A DNA stretch of 64,000 nucleotides from Octopus sinensis (taxonomy: Eukaryota). The notes beneath the pieces are model-generated. The model was not told the origin of the DNA and ran no database searches. It was given only the letters and a program-made list of their open reading frames with translations. The DNA is taken from assembly GCF_006345805.1 (NCBI RefSeq), contig NW_021836297.1, positions 1,822 through 65,821 on the forward strand, given 5' to 3'. Below, in pieces: positions 52,371 to 64,000 of the stretch (its first letter is position 1; each line of letters begins with the position of its first letter). Position numbers and translations under genes: made by a program.

Positions 52371-52939
52371 TTTTCTTTGGATAGTGTTCTATATATGGTA
52401 TTGTCCCATGTTTTTTCTTCTATGTCTGTCCGTGCCATGGCTTTGTCCAGAAGAATGTTGTAGCAGAAGAAGGAAGCACGATATCCAACATTGCGATGGA
52501 ATATCAACGACCCACACATTAACAGCGAGGACATACCCAGCACGTTACCCTTGGGCGCGGCTGGAAACCACTAGAATACAATATAATTTGTATTCTGTGC
52601 TAATGTTTGTTTACTACGACCTCAATTTTGTTCTCTTCTTTTTTCTGGACAATAGGAACTGATTACAAACTATCAACTTCGATCTAAGTTGGACAGGTAA
52701 CTTTAACGAACGTAAAGAACCCAGGGCTGTGGCTTTGGCTTAAGAATAAAGAATGGTCGAATTTGGCTATTTTGGGTACCAAAAGTAACTGAAATGATTA
52801 ATCGGTTAATGAGAGAAAATGTACAAAAGTGGAAGCACTCCGTCGGTTACGACGACGAGGGCTGTACAAAAGAAATCCTTGCTTGGAGCTAAAGAGAAGG
52901 AACTGAGATGTTCAAATAGAACTAAATAAAGCAGATTTA

Positions 52940-53523
52940 GGCGCAGGAGTGGCTGTGTGGTAAGTAGCTTGCTAACCAACCACATGGTTCCGGGTTCAGT
53001 CCCACTGCGTGGCATCTTGGGCAAGAGTCTTCTGCTATAGCCCCGGGCCGACCAATGCCTTGTGAGTGGATTTGGTAAATGGAAACTGAAAGAAGCCTGT
53101 CGTATATGTATACAGGCGCAGGAGTGGCTGTGTGGTAAGTAGCTTGCTAACCAACCACATGGTTCCGGGTTCAGTCCCACTGCGTGGCATCTTGGGCAAG
53201 TGTCTTCTGCTATAGCCTCGGGCCGACCAAAGCCTTGTGAGTGGATTTGGTAGACGGAAACTGAAAGAAGCCTGTCGTATATATGTATATATATATGTAT
53301 ATATGTGTATGTGTGTGTGTTTGTCTCCCTAGCATTGCTTGACAACCGATGCTGGTGTGTTTACGTCCCCGTCACTTAGCGGTTCGGCAAAACAGACCGA
53401 TAGAATAAGTACTGGGCTTACAAAGAATAATTCCCGGGGTCGATTTGCTCGACTAAAGGCGGTGCTCCAGCATGGCCGCAGTCAAATGACTGAAACAAGT
53501 AAAAGAGTAAAAGAGTAAAAGAG
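52940..53523 (+). mobile_element. SINE family B with duplicated 5' head
   Basis: Head-only unit at 52940-53114, then a full copy at 53115-53523. Confidence 0.9.
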
Positions 53524-53552
53524 ATTATTTGTCAAACACCGATATATCGATG

Positions 53553-53795
53553 GGTGTGGTCAGTGGTCTAATGGTTAGGATGTTGCACTTGCTACCGTGG
53601 TTTCGATTTCCGGGCCGGTCAGTGCGTTATATTCTTCAGCAAAACACTTCATTTCTCGTAGCTCCAGGCTATTCAGCTGTAACTGAACAATACTGAGATG
53701 GCCAGGCGTCCCGTCTAGGGGTCAAATATATTGTGATCTCGGTCACTGTATAAGCCATGGGAATCGGGTAACTGACCCAGTGAGTGATAGTATAC
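53553..53795 (+). mobile_element. SINE family D head with tail module 2
   Basis: GGTTTCGATTTCC, D core, GGCGTCCCGTC module. Confidence 0.55.
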
Positions 53796-53819
53796 GAAAC
53801 TAATATCCAGGGGTTGATA

Positions 53820-54243
53820 CCTATTTCTTTATTACCCACAAGGGGCTAAACACAGAGGGGACAAACAAGGACAGACATAGGTATTAAGTCGATTACATCG
53901 ACCCCAGTGCGTAACTGGTACTTAATTTATCGACCCCGAAAGGATGAAAGGCAAAGTTGACCTCGGCGGAATTTGAACTCACAACGTAACGGCAGACGAA
54001 ATACCGCAAAGCATTTTTATTTCTTTATACCCACAAGGGACTAAACACAGAGAGGACAAACAAGGACAGACAAACGGATTAAGTCGATAATATCGACCCC
54101 AGTGCGTGACTGGTACTTAATTTATCGACCCCGAAAGGATGAAAGGCAAAGTCGACCTCGGCGGAATTTGAACTCACAACGTAACGGCAGACGAAATACC
54201 GCAAAGCATTTCGCCCGGCGTGCTAACGTTTCTGCCAGCTCAT
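53820..54243 (-). mobile_element. SINE family A dimer
   Basis: Full unit at about 54016-54243 plus a 5'-truncated unit at about 53820-54016. Confidence 0.85.
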
Positions 54244-54658
54244 CGCTGATGAATATATCGGTGTCTTAAACGTGACTTTCAGAATAAGCAGAAAGTTTCC
54301 TTCACGGTCAAACAAAGTATAGATCATTTTTATGGATACTGTATTTAACTTACGGAAATTAAAGCAATTCCATATAAAATACGTTCTCAAAATGGTTGTA
54401 TTAAAAATAGGATCATTAATATATTTTAATTAAATTCATCGATGTTTAAGCCAGCTCATAGTGAAAGAAAGCGGAATACTGGTCTACATAACAAAACAAA
54501 GCTTGCTGCTATAAAGAACGTATAAGACAATTCTGCGTGAATATTGGATATGGGTAAACCACGTCTCGCTGTTGGTGGCTCAGGGTAAATTTTCTTCTTC
54601 CATTCACACGCTTCACTTTTCAAGACTACCACAAATGCATTTTGGAGGTGACAGCGCG

Positions 54659-55199
54659 TAGTTAGTTAGTTAGTTAGTTAGTTCATTTTTTGGCTCAAAA
54701 AGCAAAAAAGCAAGGCCATGTAGGGGGAAATGGAGTTATCTACAGGGTGGTGTTCATGTAAAGAGTTCTGGCCATTTCTGGTCAAGGGAGACTTTGAACC
54801 GAGCGGTCGTCTGCATCTTCACTATCTCGTCCGGCTTATTCCACGGATCCGCAATCCGGACGGAGAAAGCCCCTCTCATTCGATTGAGATGAAATCGTCG
54901 CAAATAGAGCTTTTCGGAATGACCCCGCAGCCGACACTGCGGGAGCAGGAGTGAAGAACAGCTCTTTCGAGAGGTTACACTTTCCGCTTATGATGTTGTG
55001 AGCAAGAATGAGATCACCACGGCGTCGTCGTTTTTCTAGAGAATAAAGGTCGAGCGTCTTCAGCCTTTCTTCATAAGACAAATTCTTGAGACCAAGAACC
55101 ATGCGGGTAGCCAGCTTCTGAACTCTTTCGCGATGCTGTATGTCTTTGAGGAGATAAGGAGAAGAGGCTTGAATCCCGTACTCCAATATGGGTCTCACC
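54659..55199 (-). mobile_element. CR1-clade LINE 3' fragment (copy 2) inserted in a SINE D head
   Basis: Same family and extent as copy 1, with a (TAAC)n tail. The SINE D remainder is at about 55200-55452. Confidence 0.9.
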
Positions 55200-55468
55200 A
55201 GCGTGAGACTAGTGGTTAAGGGTGGGGACTTGCACTTATGATCATAAGATCGTTGGTTCGATTTCTAGACCGGTCGATGCGTTATGTTCTTAGGCAATAC
55301 ACTTCATATGACGTTGCTCCAATCCTCTCAGCTGTAAATGAGTGACTCCGGCAAAGGGCTGGCGTCCCGTTCAGAGGTAACATTGCGATCTCGGTCACAT
55401 ATACGCCGTGGAAACCGGTTAACCAGGCCCAATGACTCCTAGCGCTCAAAACGATCCAGGAGTAGTTG

Positions 55469-55500
<32 letters not shown>

Positions 55501-55769
55501 TTCTTCCAATCAGGACTCACGCCATTAGCCACAAAGAATAATCTCTAACTCGAGCCTACTCTAAGCTACTAAGAATGCGTGTGGCAACTTGAAGATCCGC
55601 CCACCACTCCCGATAGACTGGCGGTTGCACGGGCGCGAAAGCTACGTTGTTATCCTCATTCCGTAATCGGTGACTTTTAATGGGTGGAAAGCTAAACCAT
55701 CCTGGGGTACACAGGATTCGCAATCTAGACTAGGGTCTGAAAGTTTACACCATGGTTCCTCTGCTTTGT

Positions 55770-55961
55770 GGCAGAAGTAGGAAGAAAGAGTGAAAGTTGT
55801 GGTGAAAGAGTACAGCGGGGTTCACCACCCCTCCCAGCCTGAGCCTCGGGGAGCTTAGGTGCTTTTGCTCAATAAACACTCACAATGCCCGGTCTGGGAA
55901 TCGAAACCGCGTTCTTACGCCCGCGAGTCCGCTTCCCTAACCACTGGGCCATTGCGCCTCC
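55770..55961 (-). mobile_element. SINE family C 5' half
   Basis: Matches the C head. Confidence 0.8.
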
Positions 55962-56730
55962 ACTGGCGTAGGTGTTGCCATTGACGGTGATGATAATGAT
56001 CATCATCATGATAACGATGATGATGATGACATGTCTATTTCGTTCCGCATCGGTGCGTTTCAATTCCGCGATGCAAGCAGCGAGGGCAGCTCGCCCAATT
56101 TCCTCGGGGGTCGTTTAAAAGAATCTATTTGTTTGTTTTTGTTGTTTTCCTTGTTTGCGTTTTTTTTTCTTTCTTTTCTCCTTCTCTCGATCTTTCGACA
56201 ATTCAATCAAATTTATTGATTGTTCCATTAATTTAAATGTAAAAACCTACATTTGAAAATATTTTTATTGGAATTGTTTCAACACTGCAATATTATACCG
56301 GAAGTGAACCCGAAGCCATGTAGTTAGGAAGTAAACTTCTTACCACACAGCCACCCCTGCGTCTATGATATATATATGTATTCATAAAGCGGTATGTACA
56401 CACACACACACACACACATACACACACATGCATTCACTGGTGTATATACTTGTAATATGTGTTTGTTCGTATTGGAATTTGCTTTTGTGTAGAATACTTT
56501 AAAAAAAAAACTATTATCGTCACTGACATCATAATCATTATCATCATCATCATCATCATCATCATCACCAATATCTATTATCAATCAATGTTTATTATCC
56601 TCATATATTATCAAGATTATCATGTACACACACACACATACTGATATACATCTCTCTCTCTCTCTCTCTCTCCTCTTATATATATATATATATATATCTA
56701 TTTATTATATATATATATATATATATATAG

Positions 56731-56773
<43 letters not shown>

Positions 56774-57280
56774 ATATATATAAAACCGTACATAAAATAT
56801 AATATCCTGATGAGGAACTTCATTTCAAAAAGCCTGCTCAAAGCAAACTTGTAAATTATTTTCACATAACATAGATGACGGAATCTATATTTTAACTATT
56901 AAAATATTTTTAATAGTTGAAATGCTAATGAAATTTGCTCACTGATGATTACATTCGATATTATCCATATGTCATCCTAATTTTTATGTAAGAGAGCACA
57001 CTTTAATTAATTGAGCAAGTCGTGTTCACCTCTTCTCGTAATTAAATACGAAATACGCTACTCTATGAAAGCAAACGAATTACATTTCGTTGTTGTGATC
57101 CATAGTATTCGATAAGTTACGGATCTGGTGTTTGCGGTATCAAGTCTGAACCTGTTTTTGTCGATAATAAACCCGATACTTAACTGCGTCTTAAAACAAA
57201 ACAACAACAACAAAAAAACGCACAATTTTCTGTTTCTCAACAGAAAACCATAATCTCGTATCCGTTGTAAGATTGTATGT

Positions 57281-57667
57281 GGAAGCACTCCGTCGGTTAC
57301 GACGATGAGGGTTCCGGTTGATCCGAATCAACGGAACAGCCTGCTCGTGAAATTAACGTGTAAGTGGCTGAGCACTCCACAGACACGTGCACCCTTAACG
57401 TAGTTCTCGGGGATATTCAGCGTGACACAGAGAGTGACAAGGCCGGCCCCTTGAAATACAAGTACAACAGAAACAGGAAGTAAGAGTGAGAGAAAGTCGT
57501 GGTGAAAGATTACAGCAGAGATCACCACCATCCCCTGCCGGAGCCTCGTGGAGCTTTGTTAGGTGCTTTCGCTCAATAAACACTCACAACGCCCGGTCTG
57601 GGAATCGAAACCGCGATCCTATGACCGCGAGTCCGCTGCCCTAACCACTGGGCCATTGCGCCTCCAC
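57281..57667 (-). mobile_element. Full-length SINE family C with TSD
   Basis: AAGATTGTATGT at 57269-57280 and 57668-57679. Confidence 0.9.
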
Positions 57668-57909
57668 AAGATTGTATGTAAGACAAGCAAACCGGAGTTC
57701 TGCAACCGGTAGGCTACACTGCGTAGGCAGCACCAACCGTGGTCGTCAAAAGCCAAGCAACAGAAAACGACATCAAGTCTGAGATACCGACTTTCAAACG
57801 ACACCCGGTTACATCCACACCGGGGCTTATTTTATCAAAGGCTAATTGTTGTGTTGAGTCAAAAGTTTTGCAATATTTTGGTAACATTCATTTTATTCTG
57901 TTGTGTCTG

Positions 57910-58400
57910 GGAAGAGTCATTTTCTTTTTGTGCCTTATAATATAACACACTCACCGGTAAAATTTCCACTTATTTCTTATTTTTATTTTCCTAAAATTTT
58001 CGTTGCATCTTGTAAACTTTTCAATAGTTTTCATTTTATTCGTCAACTCAAAACAAAAGAAGCCCGGCATTCAGTGTAGAGGCCATCGTGTTGCACCGTC
58101 TGAAACCATCTTTCTGCCGGTTCTTTTGATTCCACGCTGATACGAGTTCTTCTTCCTTTGAGGCGAGGAACTCTTTTGCTGAAGCTTCCGTCTCCTCTTG
58201 GTTGATGAAGCGTCGAGTTCTTCGCCTCGAAGGACAAGAACTGGCATCTAAAAATATTAGCCAAATATCAGGAGATATTTCATCTTTCCTCGACGCTCTG
58301 CCGATTCGGCCAATTCCATAAATATATTTCGAAATTGTGAATTGGGAGGAAACTAGACACGAACGTTTAGATTTCATAATTCTCGTTTGCGCATGCGCGC
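57910..58400 (-). mobile_element. Possible Crypton-like element fragment
   Basis: Short minus ORF ...KEFLASKEEELVSAWNQKNRQK...NTMAST loosely resembles the N-terminus of Crypton/DUF3504 proteins. No catalytic domain is present. Confidence 0.3.
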
Positions 58401-59419
58401 CCGTACGTGTGCGTGTGCGTGTGTGTGATAGGGAGAGAGGAGAGGGGTGAGTAAGAGTATGGGAAAGAGAGTACATGTGTGTGTGTGTATGTGTGTGTGT
58501 GTGTGAGTATATTAAGGATAGGTGTATTTATGTGTGTGTACATATGTGGGTCAATAGAAAGTGCGTGTGTGTGTGTATGCGATAGAGGGAAGTGCTATGG
58601 ATGTGTGAGCGAGAGAGAGAGCGTGTGTGTATATGTGTATTTATACGAGTGTAGGTGAGTGGGTATCTGCACAGGTGTGTGAGAGAGTATTTGCATGTGC
58701 GTATGTCTAGAGAAAGTGTGTATGTATGTATATATGTGTGTTAGAGAAAGATTGTGGATGTATATGTGTGTTACTGTGTGTGTATATATATTTGTGCATG
58801 GAGGCGTATGTGTATGAGTGAGAGAGGGAGTGTGTGTATGTGTGTTTTTTAATGAGTGTGTGTTATATATGTGTGTGTGTGTGGATGAGTGTATATATAT
58901 ATATGTGCGTGTGTGTGATATAGTGTGTATATGTGTGTGTTTGAAAGAGGCAGTGTGAGAGAGTGAGTGTGTGTGTGTGTGTATTTAGATAATGACTGTG
59001 TGTGGTTGTGTGGCTTTGTGAAAGACAGAGTGTGTGTATGTATATTTATATGTGTGTGTGTGAGTGTATGTGTGTGTGTGAGAGAGAGAGTATATATATG
59101 GAGGTAAATGTGTGTATATGCGTGTGTTTGAAAGATAACATGTGTGTAATTGTGTGTGCTTGAAAGAGAATGTGCATGTGAGAGAGCGTGTGTGTGTGTG
59201 GTGTGTGTGTGTGTGTGCGTGTGTGTCTATATAATGTATGTGTGTAGTCATGTTGCTAGGTGAGAGAGTGTGTATGTATATGTATATATATATGTGTGTG
59301 TGTGTGAGTATACATGTGTGTAGATGTGTGAGTATATGTGTATATATGTATGTGTGTGTATGCAAGCGTGTCAGACTACTGGTTATGTGTGTGCATATAT
59401 GTATGTATGCGTGCGTGTG

Positions 59420-59890
59420 TGTATGTATGCAGGACTGTGTCAGACTTCTCCTCGCTATATGTGTACGTATATGTGTGTGTGCACCTGTGTGTGTGTGTGC
59501 AGGACTGTGTGTACGTATATGTGTGTATGCACCTCTGTATGCATGTGTGTGTGTGAGTGTGTGCGCGTGTGTGTGTGCGGGGTGTGTGTGTGTGTGTGAG
59601 TGTGTGTGCGTGTGTGCATGAATGTGTCAGACCTCTCCTGGCTATGTGTGTACGTATATATGTGTGTGTGCACCTCTGTGTGTGTGTGTGTGTGTGTGTG
59701 CGTGTGTGTGTGTGTACAGGACTGTGTCAGACCTCTCCTGGCTATATATGTACGTATATGCGTGTGTGTGTGCACCTCTGTATGCATGTGTGTGTTGTGT
59801 GTGTGTGTGTGTGTGAGTGTGTGTGTGTGCGTGTTTGAGTGTAAGTGTGTGCGTGCGTGTGTGCAGGAATGTGTCAGACCTCTCCTGGTT
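59420..59890. repeat. Minisatellite with TGTGTCAGACCTCTCCTGGCTAT motif
   Basis: Motif near 59437, 59624, 59743 and 59872, within a TG tract. Confidence 0.85.
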
Positions 59891-60329
59891 AAATAATAAA
59901 CACGAAAAGAAACAAACAATTTGCAGATAACAAAATGTGTCTTCACCACCGAAATTGTTCTGCATCTTGAAAGGTTTGCCTTTTCGTACAGACTACAAAC
60001 ATCGACACAACTATTCTTACTTTTAACCTGAAAGAATCGAGGTAATTATTTTCTCAAAGCATCTCTCTTAACAATAGGTTCCTCTGTGTTGTATTCCTCT
60101 TTAGAATCGCTCCATTCATTTTAACTGCCGACAAAGAAATCTACTAGAAGATTCCAGAACAAATAAAATAAAAAATTGTTAAAAAAAACTGAAATACGAT
60201 GAAAAAATTACAAAAAAAATACATCAACGAACGTGAACATAGAATAATAAAACAATGGCGGTTTAATTTCAGACAACTTATTGTGCGTTGTTGACCATTT
60301 AACAAATTATTTATTCATTAGTCTAAGAA

Positions 60330-60489
60330 ACTTGCTTTGCAATACGTCGTGGTTTCAGGTTCAGTCCTACTGCGTGGTATCTTGGGCAAGTGTCTTCTAC
60401 CACAGCCTCGGATCGACCAAGGCCTTGTGAGTAACTTTGGTAAACAGAAACTGTGTAGGAGTCGTCGTGATAAACACGCACATACATCT

Positions 60490-60550
<61 letters not shown>

Positions 60551-60575
60551 CAGATAGACGGACAGACGGACAGAC

Positions 60576-60633
<58 letters not shown>

Positions 60634-60634
60634 G

Positions 60635-60716
<82 letters not shown>

Positions 60717-60910
60717 TGTGTACATCCGTATTTCTGTCTGTTTGCCACCTTCCTCACCACTTGGCACCCGCTGTTGGTTTGTTTATTTTCCTACAACTTA
60801 GCGATCCGTCAAATTACGGGATAGAATATTTACGTAACTTACAAAAATCATAGGTACTGGAGTCCGCTATAACTTTCAAGGCGGTGCCCCAGCATGGCCG
60901 CAGTCCAATA
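60330..60910 (+). mobile_element. SINE family B, diverged, with internal (GATA)n expansion
   Basis: GGTTCAGTCCTACTGCGTGG head and GGCGGTGCCCCAGCATGGCCGCAGTC tail. Confidence 0.75.
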
Positions 60911-62375
60911 TCTGAAAGAATTAATGCGTAAAAGGCAATTAGCATACAAATCTACATCGGGGTACAAAGATCCGTGAAAATTGAAACATATATCTGCCAA
61001 TGCCAACAACATCTTTAAACAGCTTTCGTTTTCTGTTTGGGTGCAGAAGTCTTTATAACATTTAATACGGCCTGCCGTCTCGTTGCGAAGGTAGTATCCA
61101 GAAAAGCCTTGATACTGGGCTTCTCTTGAAAGCCCAACACCTCTCATGGCGTGAGCACAAATCTAAGTAGGAGAATAATGAAAAACAATCCATTTGTCTA
61201 TAACATTGCTGCTCAATAACGTCTTAATAATAATTATCGTACTAAAAAATGTTATTTAATCAAGTAATATAATAATTATTATAGTAAAAATTATAATTAT
61301 ATTGGGTGATAATAATTTAGCGATATTTTATTATCGTAAAAATGGTAATTATATTGGATAATAATAGTCTAGGTATATTTATTGCAGTAAAATTTGTAAT
61401 TATATAAAGTAATGATATTTAATGACGTTTGTTATAGGAAAAATTGCAATTATATTGTATAATAATATATTAATAATATTGTTGGATCTTACACGACAAT
61501 AGCAAGAATATGTCTGTTTTAACTTTGGCAAAGCGTGAGTAGGTATTTTAAAGAGGTTTTGCAGTTAATTGTAGCAATTTGGCCGGCCATGTTGGTTTGA
61601 GCTCTCCGTTGGAACGCGCACGTTAGAAAAACTACAAGTGCAAGCATGGTTGAGTGTTTAAGAAGCTCCCTTTGCAACCACGTAGTTTCAAGTTCAGTCC
61701 CACAGCGCCGTACCTCGGGCAAGGTTTTTCAACTATTTAGTCCCGAGCCGACCATTGATTTGTGAGTGAATTTGGTAGACGGAAACTATGTGAAAGCCCG
61801 CTCATCCTTCTCTCGCTTTCTTACTTTCTAACTTAGTCATATTGTGTCTCAACTTACATTTCTACTATCCCACTTTGCAACAGCCTCTTTACACAAGGCC
61901 TTCAATGTAAACATACGTCGTACATTCGCCATTGATTCTACTTCATTTCTCCTACAAGTCTTATTAGTTTTACTTATCTCTCATAGAAGTGTATAACTCG
62001 AAATGTTAGATCCTTATCTATTCCGTTCATTGACGCATATTTTCATTATATATATACAAATATCTCCATTATACACATTCATGCTCATTGTGCACATTCT
62101 TTTATTATTATTGTTTTTCATCACACACTTAATTTCATGAATTTCATATACTGTGCCTTTGTATACCTCCGCTTTGCTTCATAATTTTCCTTGTTCTGTG
62201 TGTGTGTCTTTAATCTTTATATACATATATACATTAATACATGCATATATACACATCTTCTTTCCTGAGCGTCCAATAATACTTTATTTGTTCCACGTCC
62301 TTGCGTTGTTGGGTTTTTTGGGGGGTTTTTTTTGTTTCTTGTTTGAATTAACTATATATATATATATATAGAATT

Positions 62376-62455
<80 letters not shown>

Positions 62456-62462
62456 GTATGTA

Positions 62463-62625
62463 TAGGGAAGAATTCACAAAAAAAACAAAAGACGAAGATA
62501 GGTGGTGTAGACAACAAACAGATGTATTAGTATAACGCTTGGGAAATGAAAAAGTCTTTAATGTTTCGAGCCTACGCTCTTCCACAGAAAGAAACAAGGA
62601 GAGAAAATAAAGAATGTGTAGTGGC
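62463..62625 (-). mobile_element. Penelope-like terminal repeat fragment (copy 2)
   Basis: Similar to 15283-15435. Minus strand has CTGTGGA-A-GAG-CGTAGG-CTC-GAAAC. Confidence 0.5.
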
Positions 62626-63040
62626 TAGCGATCTAATATATATATATATATATATACACACACATATATGTGCATACATAAATACATATACATACATACA
62701 TACATACATACACATAAATGTTATAATTTTTAAATTTCTCCTAAGGAGAGATACAGCAGCCATACTGGGTATTAATATTTATTGCCAAACTAATGTGTCA
62801 GTCTAGAGAATTAGGACGAATGTTGCTGTTGCTCTAGCTAGCAATATGACGCAGGAACGTGCGTCCATAAACCTTCGAACTACCACGAAACCGGTCTGTG
62901 GATGCCAAGCTAGCAAGGGGAAGTTGATGACCTCCCCTGTTCGAGGGTTTGTGGACGCAGGTTCGTGCGTCATATACGTCCTATTTCTCTGGACTGCCAC
63001 GTTAGTTTGGCAAAAACATATATATGTATATCTCTCTCTC

Positions 63041-63438
63041 TCTTTTACTCTTTTACTTGTTTCAGTCATTTGACTGCGGCCATGCTGGAGCACCGCCTTT
63101 AGTCGAGTAAATCGACCCCGGGACTTATTCTTTGTAAGCCCGGTACTTAGTCTATCATTCTCTTTTGCCGAACCGCTAAGTGACGGGGACGTAAACACAC
63201 CAGCATCGGTTGTTAAGCAATGCTAGGGGGACAAACACAGACACAAACACACAGACACACATACATATATATATACGACAGGCTTCTTTCAGTTTCCGTC
63301 TACCAAATCCACTCACAAGGCATTGGTCGGCCCGGAGCTATAGCAGAAGACACTTGCCCAAGATGCCACGCAGTGGGACTGAACCTGGAACCATGTGGTT
63401 GGTTAGCAAGCTACTTACCACACAGCCACTCCTGCGCC
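63041..63438 (-). mobile_element. Full-length SINE family B
   Basis: Head to (GTAAAAGA)n tail. Confidence 0.9.
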
Positions 63439-63776
63439 TATATATATCTTTTTATAATATTTTTTTAAAGCGAAAGCAATGCTATTTATAAAAAATACTA
63501 CTGGTTGATAGTTTTGCCTGGTATTTCAATATTTCAGAAGTAGAACACCTTCAGGAAATTTAAGAAAGAAAAAAATCAGAAAATAACAACTTTTCTCAAT
63601 AAAATTTCCTGCGGTTGAGGTCCTAACCCTGAAATATTAATATATCAGGTAAACTATTATCCTGCTTCTATTCTTATAACGTGAATTGTTTTCGCTTTAA
63701 AGAAAAAAATATAAGCAAAAAGATTTATTTATTTATTTATGAGACAATACTTAGTGAAAATTGTGCTACTTTGACA

Positions 63777-63850
<74 letters not shown>

Positions 63851-63859
63851 TAAATATAC

Positions 63860-64000
63860 TCTTTTACTCTTTTATTTGTTTCAGTCATTTGAGTGTGGTC
63901 ATGCTGGAGCACCACCTTCAGTTGAATAAATCGACCACAGGACTTATTCTTTGAAAGCCTAGTACTTATTCTATCGGTCTCTTTTGCCGAACCGATAAGT
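63860..64000 (-). mobile_element. SINE family B 3' end, cut by the window edge
   Basis: Tail match. Confidence 0.8.

Noticed and set aside
52415-52525. Rieske-like CPCHG motif
   Set aside because: The first CxH motif is absent and the frame stops about 25 codons later. Likely chance.

Overview
This is AT-rich, repeat-saturated eukaryotic DNA. The repeat repertoire (several tRNA-headed SINE families, very dense CA/TA/TACA/GATA microsatellites) looks like an Octopus-type cephalopod genome; that is an inference from pattern, not a search. I could not confidently identify any host protein-coding gene. Nearly all ORFs in the track are microsatellite artefacts or transposon relics. Supported content: two mariner elements, a hAT MITE, a piggyBac-type MITE pair, a Helitron, LINE relics of RTE, CR1, L1/Tx1, R4/Dong and other RLE types, Penelope-like pieces, four working SINE families (A-D, my labels), and several tandem or dispersed duplications. 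Most interesting signals: (i) SINE multimers and chimeras inside single target-site duplications, suggesting template jumping, plus head/tail module shuffling; (ii) two independently inserted CR1 3' fragments with the same 5' end; (iii) minimal hammerhead-like motifs with a variant core in Penelope-like termini; (iv) a CpG-rich 79-bp tandem repeat with a perfect tRNA-like T-arm; (v) a scatter of strong minus-strand splice sites that may mark an unannotated transcript. I see no clear evidence of a wholly new biological system. Boundaries without a TSD or TIR are approximate, and identities are judged by eye.
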